Below are positions 47,468 through 57,447 of a stretch of 64,000 nucleotides of DNA, piece after piece. A program made the position numbers and the translations under genes. The notes beneath the pieces are model-generated. The model was not told where the DNA came from and ran no database searches. It saw only the letters and a list, made by a program, of their open reading frames with translations. How positions within the stretch are numbered: the first letter of the stretch is position 1; each line of letters opens with the position of its first letter. This stretch comes from an uncultured Bacilli bacterium (GTDB lineage Bacteria; Bacillota_I; Bacilli_A; RF39; UBA660): positions 29,515-93,514 of the forward strand of contig CAKPDF010000003.1 of the NCBI GenBank assembly GCA_934148535.1, given 5' to 3'.

Positions 47468-47585
47468 GGCTTTTTTAATAATTTTTTTAGAAAATTACAA
47501 TACATCGTATAAATCTTTATATTACTTATGAAACAAAAATTAAAATTTATGTATTTAATATTCTAAAATATAAAAGAAAGATTAA

Positions 47586-48236
47586 TCACTTGTCATGACT
47601 AATCTTTCTTTTAATAACTTCCTTTAAAAAATAATCATATATACTACTCATATTATCCATATCCTCAGGATGCCATTGAACTCCTAATACGAAATGATCA
47701 TTATCTATATATTCTATTCCCTCTATTGTTCCATCTTCTGCTATAGCAGAAATTTTATAATTATTGCCAACTTCTTTATTAGCATACATATGTCTACTAT
47801 TAACCTCTATTTCACTACCTAATAAATTATATAGTAAACTACCATTTATTAAAGTATTTTTATGATGAATATCAGCACCACAATGATTATTAACTTTAGT
47901 TAAATATTCATCACTATTCTTATTAATACTATAAAGTCCAATTATCTCACATCCCATACATATCCCTAGTACTGGAATATTATTTCTAATAGCAAAGTCT
48001 AAAATTTTAAAATGATATGGATAAATATCACGACCACCAGGAATAATAATTCCATCAACTAACTCTAATACATTAGGATCAAATTCATTATTATAATTCA
48101 TAACTCCAATATAACTGCACTTATTATATAAATACTTCATATTATTATTAGGAATTGCTTTATATTTAGTATCATTAATTTCCTCTTCTCTTAAAACAAT
48201 ACCAATAACAATATTATTCATTAAAATATTTATCAA
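47586..48236 (-). CDS. class I glutamine amidotransferase, gamma-glutamyl hydrolase (peptidase C26/PuuD-like)
   Basis: GICMGCEIIG nucleophile elbow and GVQWHPE. The true start is probably MNNIVIG at 48221. Confidence 0.8.
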   Translation of the reverse strand: MINILMNNIVIGIVLREEEINDTKYKAIPNNNMKYLYNKCSYIGVMNYNNEFDPNVLELVDGIIIPGGRDIYPYHFKILDFAIRNNIPVLGICMGCEIIGLYSINKNSDEYLTKVNNHCGADIHHKNTLINGSLLYNLLGSEIEVNSRHMYANKEVGNNYKISAIAEDGTIEGIEYIDNDHFVLGVQWHPEDMDNMSSIYDYFLKEVIKRKISHDK

Positions 48237-48462
48237 TATCTTTAGGTACTTGATTATTTAATACTGTATCAATAATTTTCTGTTCCTTTTCCTTAGATAC
48301 TTCCCTTCCTGTAATTCTAGATATATCAGAAATAACTTCTTTTAAAGTCCCCTCATCTTTCATATTGCCAGCCTGTAATTTATTTGCTAAAGATAAAATA
48401 GTTTGTTTATCTACTTTAGTTTTCTTTTCTATTTTATCAAAAAAACTATCAGAAAAAGCCAT
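48214..48462 (-). CDS. spoVIF: stage VI sporulation protein F-like
   Basis: From the ATG at 48462 (GGAGG RBS): MAFSDSFFDKIEKKTKVDKQTILSLANKLQAGNMKDEGTLKEVI... This parallels remembered B. subtilis SpoVIF (FFKNIEKKTGV...L..A.FKDE.T). Confidence 0.55.
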   Translation of the reverse strand: MAFSDSFFDKIEKKTKVDKQTILSLANKLQAGNMKDEGTLKEVISDISRITGREVSKEKEQKIIDTVLNNQVPKDIDKYFNE

Positions 48463-48479
48463 AAATTTACCTCCTACAT

Positions 48480-48506
48480 TAATATATGTATAATATAAGG
48501 TTATGT
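48480..48506 (-). promoter_or_regulatory. candidate sigmaK-type promoter of spoVIF
   Basis: Minus strand: AC (48505-06), 16 nt, then CATATATTA (48480-88), compared with the remembered sigmaK consensus AC-N16/17-CATAnnnTA. Confidence 0.3.
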
Positions 48507-48622
48507 TTCGTAACAAAATTTATTTTAGGTTATTTGTTGATATTTTTATCAAAATAATGTACAATTATATTAAAATAGTAAACCTATAATTATCAGTTGA
48601 TAAAAAAGAAAGAAGTGAAAAA

Positions 48623-49615
48623 ATGATAGAAGTTAAAAATAATATAACAGAGCAAGAGTTAAATCATAGTATAGAAATAATAAATTCTATAACAAAATAC
48701 TATTCAAAAAGAATTGTAGGACAATTAAATTTAGAAAAGTCTTTATTAATATCATTAATAGCAAATGGACATATTCTACTTGAATCAGTACCTGGTTTAG
48801 CTAAAACAACAGCAGCAAAAGTATTGACAGAAGCAGTAAATGGTAAATTTTCAAGGATACAATGTACCCCAGATTTATTACCAAGCGATATAATTGGAAC
48901 GCAAATATTTAATTATTCAACAAATAATTTTGAAACAAAAATTGGACCTATATACTCAAATTTCGTATTATTAGATGAAATAAATCGTTCAAGTGCTAAA
49001 ACCCAAAGTGCAACCTTAGAAGCAATGCAAGAAAAACAAATAACAATAGATGGAAAAAATTACAAATTACCATCAATTTTCATTGTAATAGCAACTCAAA
49101 ATCCAATTGAACAAGAAGGTACATACTTATTAGCAGAAGCGCAATTAGACAGATTTTTATTAAAAGAAAAATTAGAATATCCAACAGCTAATGAAGAAGT
49201 AGAAATTATGAATAGAATTGAAGGTAAGGTATTTGATAATAAAGAAAATATCTTGAATTTAAGTGATTTAGAATATTTACAATCTTTGGCAGAAAAAGTA
49301 TATATAGATGAATCAATAAAAAAATATATATCTCAAATAATTCTAGCTACTAGATATCCTCAAAACTATATAGATAAATCCCTTGCGGAGTATGTTGAAT
49401 TAGGATCAAGTACTAGAGGTTCAATTGCATTTTTAAAATGCTCTAAAGCATTAGCGTTATTAAATGGAAGAACTCATGTAATTCCTGAAGATATTAAGGA
49501 ATTAAGATATACAGTATTAAGACACAGAATCTCTCTAAATTTCTCAGCTTTAGCAGATAATATAGAAGTAGAACAAATAATTGATGCAATATTTGGAGCA
49601 ATACCTACACCATGA
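48623..49615 (+). CDS. MoxR-family AAA+ ATPase
   Basis: Walker A-like ESVPGLAKTT, Walker B LLDEINR, and the ATQNPIEQEGTY..LPEAQLDRF signature. Confidence 0.92.
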   Translation: MIEVKNNITEQELNHSIEIINSITKYYSKRIVGQLNLEKSLLISLIANGHILLESVPGLAKTTAAKVLTEAVNGKFSRIQCTPDLLPSDIIGTQIFNYSTNNFETKIGPIYSNFVLLDEINRSSAKTQSATLEAMQEKQITIDGKNYKLPSIFIVIATQNPIEQEGTYLLAEAQLDRFLLKEKLEYPTANEEVEIMNRIEGKVFDNKENILNLSDLEYLQSLAEKVYIDESIKKYISQIILATRYPQNYIDKSLAEYVELGSSTRGSIAFLKCSKALALLNGRTHVIPEDIKELRYTVLRHRISLNFSALADNIEVEQIIDAIFGAIPTP

Positions 49616-50484
49616 AATTAAATTATATAAATAAAATTAAAAAAAATATTACAATAAGTTCTACAAAAAAAACTAGCAACATATTAGACGGAGTATATAA
49701 ATCTGTATATAAGGGAAAAAGTATGAATTTTGAAAATTTAAGAGAATATGTCATAAATGATGACATAAAAGATATAGATTGGAAGGCATCAGCACGAAGT
49801 GGGAATCTATATGTAAAACAATTTATAGCAGAAAAAAAACATAATATACTCTTAATAATGGACACTGGTAAGAAAATGGATGCAGTAACTGATATGCATG
49901 AATCCAAAAAAAATATAGCTTTATTTACAGCGGGTACATTAGGCTATATAGCAATAAAGAATAACGATTACATAGGAATGATATATTCTAATCAAAATAA
50001 GATAGAATATAAATCATTTAAATACAATTTATATAATCTAGAAGAATATCTTTGTGATTACGAAAAAAATGCCATTGTAAAAAATATAGACATAAATGAA
50101 CTAATAGAATATAGTTTGAAAACAGTATTAAAAAAAACAATTACTTTTATAATAACTGATATTAAAGGATTAAATGATATCAAAAGTAATAATATTAAAA
50201 AAATGTCAATAAGGCATGATGTTATGATAATAGTAATTAAAGATAATTATATGACAGGAGAAAATATATATGATTTAGAAGAAATGCAATACATTCCCAA
50301 ATTTTTGTTAAATGATCCAAAAATTTATGAAACAGAAAAAGAAGCAAAGGAGAAAATATATAAAACTAAAAAAGCAAAATTAAAAAAATATAATGTTAAT
50401 GTAGTAACAATAAGTTCAATAAAAGAAATAAATAATCAAATAATAAATTTATTGGAGGAACATAGATATGCAAGTAAAAACTGA
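49612..50484 (+). CDS. DUF58-domain protein (MoxR partner, VWA-like)
   Basis: LREY..GDD.K.IDWKASAR.G.LYVK.F is the DUF58 hallmark. It overlaps moxR by ATGA. Confidence 0.88.
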   Translation: MKLNYINKIKKNITISSTKKTSNILDGVYKSVYKGKSMNFENLREYVINDDIKDIDWKASARSGNLYVKQFIAEKKHNILLIMDTGKKMDAVTDMHESKKNIALFTAGTLGYIAIKNNDYIGMIYSNQNKIEYKSFKYNLYNLEEYLCDYEKNAIVKNIDINELIEYSLKTVLKKTITFIITDIKGLNDIKSNNIKKMSIRHDVMIIVIKDNYMTGENIYDLEEMQYIPKFLLNDPKIYETEKEAKEKIYKTKKAKLKKYNVNVVTISSIKEINNQIINLLEEHRYASKN

Positions 50485-50935
50485 ATTAAGACCAATGTTT
50501 TCATATAATATAATATTAATAATAATAGCAATTTTATTAATAATAATAGCAGTATTTTTAAAATTATTTTTAGAAAGAAAGTCAAAAACAAAAAATATTA
50601 AAGAGATTATAAATACACCAACTAAGGCAGAGCTAACTACAATAAAATCAAAGTATTTAAAAGAAATAGAAGAATTATCAAAAACATATGAAGAAGGTCA
50701 CATTACCAGTAGAAAAGCATATCAAAAATTAAGTAGTATTATAAGAAATTTTATTTTTGAATCAACAAATATAAAAGTTCAAAATTATACCTTAAAAGAA
50801 ATAAAAAAAATTAATATACCCATTTTATATGAATTAGTCAGCGAGTATTATAATCCAAAATTTGCCTCATCATCAAATGGTAATATAATATTATCAATTA
50901 ATAAAACAAAGGTTGTGATTGAAAAATGGAATTAA
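50468..50935 (+). CDS. single-TM membrane protein of the Bat-like operon
   Basis: One N-terminal TM. Its position between DUF58 and the VWA genes is typical (DUF4381-like placement). Confidence 0.5.
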   Translation: MQVKTELRPMFSYNIILIIIAILLIIIAVFLKLFLERKSKTKNIKEIINTPTKAELTTIKSKYLKEIEELSKTYEEGHITSRKAYQKLSSIIRNFIFESTNIKVQNYTLKEIKKINIPILYELVSEYYNPKFASSSNGNIILSINKTKVVIEKWN

Positions 50936-51930
50936 GATATCAATATGCAATTATTGTTATATTAATAATAATAATTTTATGGTTATTTATTTTTAAAAAT
51001 AAAAAGAATATATTTAAAAATGGATTAAAAATAGCTAATACACAGTATTTAAAAAATACAGAATATTATCAAAAACAAATTAAAAAATACCAGATGTTAA
51101 GAAAAACAATTATATTTTTCTTCATAATTGCCATTATATGTTCTACAGTATTAATATCAAGATTAACAAAAGTAGAAACTAAAAATATCAATAAATATAA
51201 TAGAGATATCTACTTATGCATGGATGTCTCTAGATCGGTTGATGATTTAAATATGGAATTAATAGAAAGTTTAAAAACTACAGTAAGTAATCTAAAAGAA
51301 GAAAGATTTGGAATTTCAATTTTTAATTCTTCATCAGTAATTGTAGTGCCACTTACTGATGATTATGATTACATTATAAGTATGTTAAATGACTTAAAAA
51401 AAGCAATTCAAATTTTTAATCCTCAAAAATATGGTACATACTCAGGAGATGATAGATTATATTTAAGAGGATTAGTCATGAGTGGTACATTAGAAGGAAA
51501 TAATAATGGTAGTTCTCTGATTGGAGATGGTTTAGCCTCTTGTGCATATTCATTTTCAAATTCTAGTGAAGGAAGAACAAAAATAATAATTTTTTCAACT
51601 GATAATCAACTAGAAGGAACTCCATTAGTTTCAATAGATAAAGCAGCAAAAATATGTAAAAGTAAAGATATTAAAGTATTTGGAATTGGAACAGAGAAAA
51701 TCACAAACAAAAACAAAAATGAGTTAAAAAATGCAATAGAATATACAGGTGGAAATTTTTATGAACATTCCTTGAAAACGGCAAACGAGATTGTTAAGGA
51801 TATTGAAAGCACTTCAAAGTCATTATTAAAAGATCAAATAAAAACAACTAAAGTAGATATCCCACAAGTACCATTTATAGTATTGTTACTATCGATAGTA
51901 GGAATTATCACAATAGGTAAGAAGGTGTAA
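50926..51930 (+). CDS. VWA-domain membrane protein (BatA-like)
   Basis: N- and C-terminal TM helices flank a VWA domain with the MIDAS-like motif DVSRS. Confidence 0.75.
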   Translation: MELRYQYAIIVILIIIILWLFIFKNKKNIFKNGLKIANTQYLKNTEYYQKQIKKYQMLRKTIIFFFIIAIICSTVLISRLTKVETKNINKYNRDIYLCMDVSRSVDDLNMELIESLKTTVSNLKEERFGISIFNSSSVIVVPLTDDYDYIISMLNDLKKAIQIFNPQKYGTYSGDDRLYLRGLVMSGTLEGNNNGSSLIGDGLASCAYSFSNSSEGRTKIIIFSTDNQLEGTPLVSIDKAAKICKSKDIKVFGIGTEKITNKNKNELKNAIEYTGGNFYEHSLKTANEIVKDIESTSKSLLKDQIKTTKVDIPQVPFIVLLLSIVGIITIGKKV

Positions 51931-51932
51931 AG

Positions 51933-52883
51933 ATGAAATGTTTTCCAATTATTCCAATATGGATTATGATTATTATTTGTATTTTTTTAATTATAGTAAT
52001 ATTAAAAACTAACAAAAAAGATATTATAAAAATATTAATTATTATTTTACTATTTTTAATTAATTTAAGAATAATGATACCTTCAAAAAATTCACAAACT
52101 TTATCAAACAACTTAGATGTTTTGTTTGTAATAGATAATACGCTTAGCATGAACACAGAAGATTATGATGGTAATAAAACTAGAATGTATGCTTTAAAAA
52201 AAGATTGCAAATATATTATGAAACGATTAAATGGTGCAAAGTTTTCGATAATAACATTTAATAATAATGCTAGAATATTACTTCCATATACTAATGATAT
52301 AAATTTATCTATTGAAGCAATAGATTCAATAACATTTCCAAGTACAAATTATGCACTTGGTTCTTCATTAAATACGCCAAAAGAGACAATAATTACTACT
52401 TTAAAATCATCAATGAAAAAAGATAATAGAATTAGAATTATATTTTTTATCAGCGACGGAGAAATAACCGATGATACAAAATTAGAAAGTTATAGTGAGA
52501 TTTCTAAATATATAGATAATGGAGCAGTTTTAGGATATGGTACCACAAAAGGTGGTTATATACAAGACCCCAAATCTTATAGTGATAAAACAGAATACAT
52601 TAAAGATTATTATAATGCAACTTATCAAGAAAAATATAAGGCAATCTCAAAAATGGATGAAGAAAATTTAAAAAAAATAGCTTCTGATATAGGTATTAAA
52701 TATATAAATATGAAATATCAAAGTAAAATTAATAAAAAATTACAAGAAATTAAAAATTTAATTTCTGAAGACATTGAATTAAACAATATAAGTGATTATG
52801 AAGATACGTATTATATTCTAATAATACCTCTTTTAATATTATTATTAATAGAATTTAATAAAATCAGGAGGCAAAATTTATGA
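51933..52883 (+). CDS. VWA-domain membrane protein (BatB-like)
   Basis: TM helices flank a VWA domain. The motif is VIDNTLS (D.T.S type), with ISDGE. Confidence 0.7.
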   Translation: MKCFPIIPIWIMIIICIFLIIVILKTNKKDIIKILIIILLFLINLRIMIPSKNSQTLSNNLDVLFVIDNTLSMNTEDYDGNKTRMYALKKDCKYIMKRLNGAKFSIITFNNNARILLPYTNDINLSIEAIDSITFPSTNYALGSSLNTPKETIITTLKSSMKKDNRIRIIFFISDGEITDDTKLESYSEISKYIDNGAVLGYGTTKGGYIQDPKSYSDKTEYIKDYYNATYQEKYKAISKMDEENLKKIASDIGIKYINMKYQSKINKKLQEIKNLISEDIELNNISDYEDTYYILIIPLLILLLIEFNKIRRQNL

Positions 52884-53545
52884 AAGCAAAAATAAAAATA
52901 ACATGCATAATTTTAATATCCATAGTAGTAATGAGATTAATATTATCATTTTTTATAAATAAATTAATTATTTCAAATTATAACAAAGAAATATATAATC
53001 ATAATTTAGTAAAAAGTCTTTATGTATTAAACATTAATCAACCATATATTGCCTATTATAATGATGCAAACATATTATACAAAAAAGAAAAATATAGCGA
53101 TTCAATAATTAAATATAAAAAAGCTTTAAAAAAGAATCCACCACAAGACAAGGTATGCGACATAAGAATTAACTTGTCTTTAGCAATGATAAAAAATATT
53201 AAATTAGATTCTTCGAAAGAAGATATTTACAATGATTTAGAAGAAGCCAAACAAAATCTATATGAAAATAATTGTGCCAATTCCAATGATGATAGTGGAT
53301 ATAGTAAAGAAGCAGAGCAATTAGAAAAAGAAATAATAGAATTGCAAAAACAAATTACCAATAGTAATAGTAATCAATCTCAAGAAGAGCAAGATGAAAG
53401 TAAAGAGGATTATTCAAATATTGAAGAAAAATTAAAAGAACAACAACAAGAAACAAATTCATCTAGACAAGAATATTTAAATGATACTTACTCAGAATCA
53501 GCATATATAAATAAAGGAGAAATATACAAAGGTAAAAAGTGGTAA
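52880..53545 (+). CDS. TPR-like membrane protein with acidic/Gln-rich tail (BatC-like)
   Basis: An N-terminal TM and a TPR-like YNDANILYKKEKYSDSIIKYKKALKKNP. It is the last gene of the operon. Confidence 0.6.
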   Translation: MKAKIKITCIILISIVVMRLILSFFINKLIISNYNKEIYNHNLVKSLYVLNINQPYIAYYNDANILYKKEKYSDSIIKYKKALKKNPPQDKVCDIRINLSLAMIKNIKLDSSKEDIYNDLEEAKQNLYENNCANSNDDSGYSKEAEQLEKEIIELQKQITNSNSNQSQEEQDESKEDYSNIEEKLKEQQQETNSSRQEYLNDTYSESAYINKGEIYKGKKW

Positions 53546-53578
53546 AAGAGTTATCAACAAATTTGTTGATAACTCTTT
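53545..53578. terminator. perfect 34-bp palindrome between convergent batC-like and der, built from inverted TTATCAACA boxes
   Basis: AAAGAGTTATCAACAAA/TTTGTTGATAACTCTTT touches both stop codons. Confidence 0.7.
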
Positions 53579-54894
53579 TAATATTCTTCACTTTTATTTT
53601 TAAATTGAATAATAATAGGTGTTCCCTCTAAATCGAAATTTTCTCTAATTTTATTTTCCAAGTATCTTTGATATGAAAAATGAACTAAATTTTTACTATT
53701 AACATGCATAGTGAATTTTGGAGGCTGAGTACCAGATTGATTAACAAAATATATTTTCAATCTTTTACCCTTGTAAGAAGGTGGTTGATTTAACATAACA
53801 GCGTCTCTAATAACGTCATTTAATAAACTAGTTTTAATCTCTTTTTTAGAATTTTCATAAACTCTACACACCTCTGGCATTAAAGTATGAATTCTTTTCT
53901 TAGTTAAAGCAGATAAAAATACAATAGGAACATAACTTAAAAATTGAAATTCATTTCTAACTAAAGTAGTAAATGATTTTATATCGTTTTTATCATTAAC
54001 AGTATCCCATTTATTAACAACTAACACAACAGGCTTTCCTGCCTCTATAGCATATCCTGCAATATGCTTATCATGTTCAATAATTCCCTCTTCAGCATTA
54101 ATTACCACAACACACACATCACTGCGTTCTATTGCCTTCATACTTCTAAGAACACTATATTTTTCTATATTTTCATAAACTTTTCCACTTTTTCTAATAC
54201 CAGCAGTATCAATAGCAACAAAATCTTTTCCTTCATATCTAAATTCAGTATCAACAGCATCTCTAGTAGTACCAGCAACATCACTCACTATAGCCTTATC
54301 TTCATTTAATATAGCATTTACTAAACTACTCTTACCAACGTTAGGTCTACCAATGATACAAAATTTTATTTTATCATCGCTATATTCATTATCCTCTACT
54401 GGCTTAAAGTAAGAAACAATTTTATCTTCCAAATCTCTAATACCAATATTATGTTCACCACTAATTCCAATAACATCTCCAAAACCTAATTCATAAAAAT
54501 TATAAATATTGTCTTCTCTTTTTTTACTATCAATCTTATTAACGGCAACTATAACTTCCTTATTAGCTTTTCTAAGCATATCCCTAATAACAAAATCATT
54601 TCTATTTAATTCTTCCTTACCATCGACAATAAATACAACAATATCAGCTTCGTCTATAGCAATACTAGTCTGAATTTTAATCTCATCATTAAACAACTCT
54701 TTACTAACATCAATTCCACCAGTATCAATCAAGTGAAATTTATAATTTAAATAACTAACATCACCATAAATTCTATCTCTAGTAACACCAGGAGTATCTT
54801 CAATAATTGATATTCTCTCTCCAACTAATCTATTAAATATTGTACTTTTTCCAACATTAGGCCTTCCAACTAAAGCAACTGTAGGCATCTTCAT
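53578..54894 (-). CDS. der: ribosome-biogenesis GTPase Der (EngA)
   Basis: Two G domains (GRPNVGKST / GRPNVGKSS, DTGG / DTAG, NKID / NKWD) plus a KH-like C-terminus. The likely start at 54894 follows AGAGGTGA. Confidence 0.95.
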   Translation of the reverse strand: MKMPTVALVGRPNVGKSTIFNRLVGERISIIEDTPGVTRDRIYGDVSYLNYKFHLIDTGGIDVSKELFNDEIKIQTSIAIDEADIVVFIVDGKEELNRNDFVIRDMLRKANKEVIVAVNKIDSKKREDNIYNFYELGFGDVIGISGEHNIGIRDLEDKIVSYFKPVEDNEYSDDKIKFCIIGRPNVGKSSLVNAILNEDKAIVSDVAGTTRDAVDTEFRYEGKDFVAIDTAGIRKSGKVYENIEKYSVLRSMKAIERSDVCVVVINAEEGIIEHDKHIAGYAIEAGKPVVLVVNKWDTVNDKNDIKSFTTLVRNEFQFLSYVPIVFLSALTKKRIHTLMPEVCRVYENSKKEIKTSLLNDVIRDAVMLNQPPSYKGKRLKIYFVNQSGTQPPKFTMHVNSKNLVHFSYQRYLENKIRENFDLEGTPIIIQFKNKSEEY

Positions 54895-54906
54895 AATTAT
54901 CACCTC

Positions 54907-55332
54907 TTATGTATATAAACTAATTCCATTATCTATAATTTCTTCTACATTATAAATAATCTCTCCATCATAAATACTATCATTATCATAAACCTTATAA
55001 AACTTATTTTTATAATAATATAAATGAGTATTCTTTTTACAATTAAAATAATCAACTTCTATTAAAAAGTTACAATCTAAATGGAATATTATTTTAGTAT
55101 TAATATTATTACCATATAAATTTTTATTATAAACATCCATTATAATCCCGTACATTGGATCTAAATAAAAATTAATTATAACATCTCCTCTAATTTTGTA
55201 TTTTTTAATTAGTTTACCAAATACAACCTTAAAGAAATCTAACATATTATCTTCATCAAGGGAAAAATATTCACTGACATTAGGTATCTTAACTAAATAA
55301 TTATTCTCTCCTATCCTAGATAAAATCATCAA
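54907..55332 (-). CDS. hypothetical protein (141 aa)
   Basis: An ORF tightly packed upstream of der. No family was recognised. Confidence 0.45.
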   Translation of the reverse strand: MMILSRIGENNYLVKIPNVSEYFSLDEDNMLDFFKVVFGKLIKKYKIRGDVIINFYLDPMYGIIMDVYNKNLYGNNINTKIIFHLDCNFLIEVDYFNCKKNTHLYYYKNKFYKVYDNDSIYDGEIIYNVEEIIDNGISLYT

Positions 55333-55369
55333 ACCACCTAGAATAATTTATGATAAAAATAAAATTATG

Positions 55370-55963
55370 TTAAACACCTATAATATTTTCTATTTTTTGA
55401 TAAACATCTTGTTTTCCAAGTTTACTAACAGAAGAAAACAAAATAATATCATCATTTTCATCTAAATTTAAAGTTTCTCTAATAATTTTTTCATTCTTCA
55501 CATAACTATTTTTACTTACCTTATCACTCTTTGTAGCAATAATAGTAACTGGTATTTTATAATATTTCAAATAATCGTACATTAATACATCATCATTAGT
55601 AGGTTTATGTCTAAAATCTACCAACATAAATACCATCTTTAAATTTTCTCTATCTTTTAAATAATCTTCTATAATTACTCCAAATTTATTCTTAAGACTT
55701 TTACTAACTTTAGCAAATCCATATCCAGGAACATCAACTAAATAAAAATTATCATTTATCAAAAAGAAATTTAAAGTTTGAGTTTTACCTGGAATAGAAC
55801 TAATTCTAGCAATATTTTTTCTATTAACTAAAGTATTAATAAAACTACTCTTTCCAACATTACTTCTACCAATCATTAAAAATTCTGCCTTTTTATCTTC
55901 AGGATATTGACTCTTCCTAACAGCAGAAGTAACAAAATCAACACCAGTAATTTTCATGAGCAT
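55370..55963 (-). CDS. engB: ribosome-biogenesis GTPase YsxC/EngB
   Basis: GRSNVGKSSFIN, DVPGYGFA and TKSDK. Confidence 0.93.
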   Translation of the reverse strand: MLMKITGVDFVTSAVRKSQYPEDKKAEFLMIGRSNVGKSSFINTLVNRKNIARISSIPGKTQTLNFFLINDNFYLVDVPGYGFAKVSKSLKNKFGVIIEDYLKDRENLKMVFMLVDFRHKPTNDDVLMYDYLKYYKIPVTIIATKSDKVSKNSYVKNEKIIRETLNLDENDDIILFSSVSKLGKQDVYQKIENIIGV

Positions 55964-56036
55964 ATCTCCTCCTCATTTCAACTATTATAACAAAAAAATA
56001 AAAAATAAGCAAATATGCTCATTTTAACTATTAAAT

Positions 56037-56306
56037 TTACTTTTTCTTTCTACGATTAAAATTTTGATTTATTTTACATAAATAACGATTATCTCTTTCA
56101 AAACGATCAAAAACACCTATAGCACTATTAACGACATCAGAATTGTATTTCTTAGCATTTCTTAAAATATTATAAGCTTCATGTAAAGCAAGCACCTGAT
56201 TTTCAGAAACATTACATTTAATCTTATTATTTAAAAGAGCTTTATAATACTTTAAACATCTAATAACCTTATTATAACTATACCCTAAATTACCATTATC
56301 ACTCAT
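56037..56306 (-). CDS. hypothetical basic protein (89 aa)
   Basis: An ORF separated by only 3 nt from the upstream ORF. No family was recognised. Confidence 0.4.
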   Translation of the reverse strand: MSDNGNLGYSYNKVIRCLKYYKALLNNKIKCNVSENQVLALHEAYNILRNAKKYNSDVVNSAIGVFDRFERDNRYLCKINQNFNRRKKK

Positions 56307-56309
56307 ATT

Positions 56310-56666
56310 TTATCTTCCCCTAGGCTTAACTTCTTCTTCTGCAAAAGAGTCACCAGGTTTCTTCTTGTTATAAATATTATACTTATCTGCTAATTCCATG
56401 ATTTTTTTAGTAGCAGCAAATCTATCTATTCCTTCAGCATCTCTATCAATTAATATACTAGCAGCACGTAAAATATAAATTTTATCTTCATCACTAGTAG
56501 GAAAATTTATTAATATTCTAGTATCCTTTAAAGTTTTTAATCTCTTTGGATAAGCATCATGATACTCAAGATTACTAAAATCTCTCTTATGACTCTCTAT
56601 TTCTCTACTTAAAAAAGCTGTTTCTTCATCAATTTGTTTTACTAAATCCATATTATTATTTTCCAT
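56310..56666 (-). CDS. hypothetical protein (118 aa)
   Basis: An ORF with a GAGGAGGAAAT RBS. No family was recognised. Confidence 0.45.
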   Translation of the reverse strand: MENNNMDLVKQIDEETAFLSREIESHKRDFSNLEYHDAYPKRLKTLKDTRILINFPTSDEDKIYILRAASILIDRDAEGIDRFAATKKIMELADKYNIYNKKKPGDSFAEEEVKPRGR

Positions 56667-56705
56667 ATATTCATTTCCTCCTCATTTACCCCAATTATAG
56701 CATAT

Positions 56706-57344
56706 TTAATCCTTTATTTCAATTCCAAGCAAACTAAGAAGCATAATTCCTTGATTAGGATTAACAATTATCCCTTTTACATCCTTAGTATTTATCCTAA
56801 TATCATCAATAATAGAATTACTAAAATCAACGCCATTTAAAGAAATATCAAAAAATTCTGACTTACTAAAATCACAGTTATCAAAATAATAATCATTTCC
56901 CTCAATATCAATAAATCTCCCTTCATTAATAACAGAATTACTTATTTTAAAATGTTTTATATTACTACTAGCAAAATTGATATAACTACACTTAGATTCA
57001 TCTATAGTAACATCACTAATTCCACTATTAATAAAATTAGTAAGAGTCATATTACATTTATTAAATGATACCCTATGAACTGAACTATTAGAAAAGTCCT
57101 TATTAGACAAATCACAATGTTCAAAAATACAATCCAAAAAATTGATATTATCAAATTTGCACTTACTAAAATCAATATTTTTAAATATACATCCATTAAA
57201 TTCTATATTACTAATATCAAAATCAATATCTTGACTTTCTATTAAAGCATCTATTATGTCGTCATTAATCATATCTTTTGTTAATGTAATACTATCAATA
57301 TATTTACTAACTTTAGGTTTAATAATTTTAATTTTTTCTTTCAT
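56706..57344 (-). CDS. pentapeptide-repeat protein
   Basis: Runs of A(D/N)LS/FxNxx-type pentapeptides (FSKCKFDNINFLDCIFEHCDLSNKDFSNSSVHRVSFNKCNM...). The likely start at 57344 follows GAGGT. Confidence 0.8.
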   Translation of the reverse strand: MKEKIKIIKPKVSKYIDSITLTKDMINDDIIDALIESQDIDFDISNIEFNGCIFKNIDFSKCKFDNINFLDCIFEHCDLSNKDFSNSSVHRVSFNKCNMTLTNFINSGISDVTIDESKCSYINFASSNIKHFKISNSVINEGRFIDIEGNDYYFDNCDFSKSEFFDISLNGVDFSNSIIDDIRINTKDVKGIIVNPNQGIMLLSLLGIEIKD

Positions 57345-57447
57345 CCCTACTACCTCTAATAAAATTTTATCACATATTATTTGTTTAATCAATTTACAAC
57401 TTCTAATATAAATGCTATAATAGCCCTAATTTGACAAGGAGAAAACT

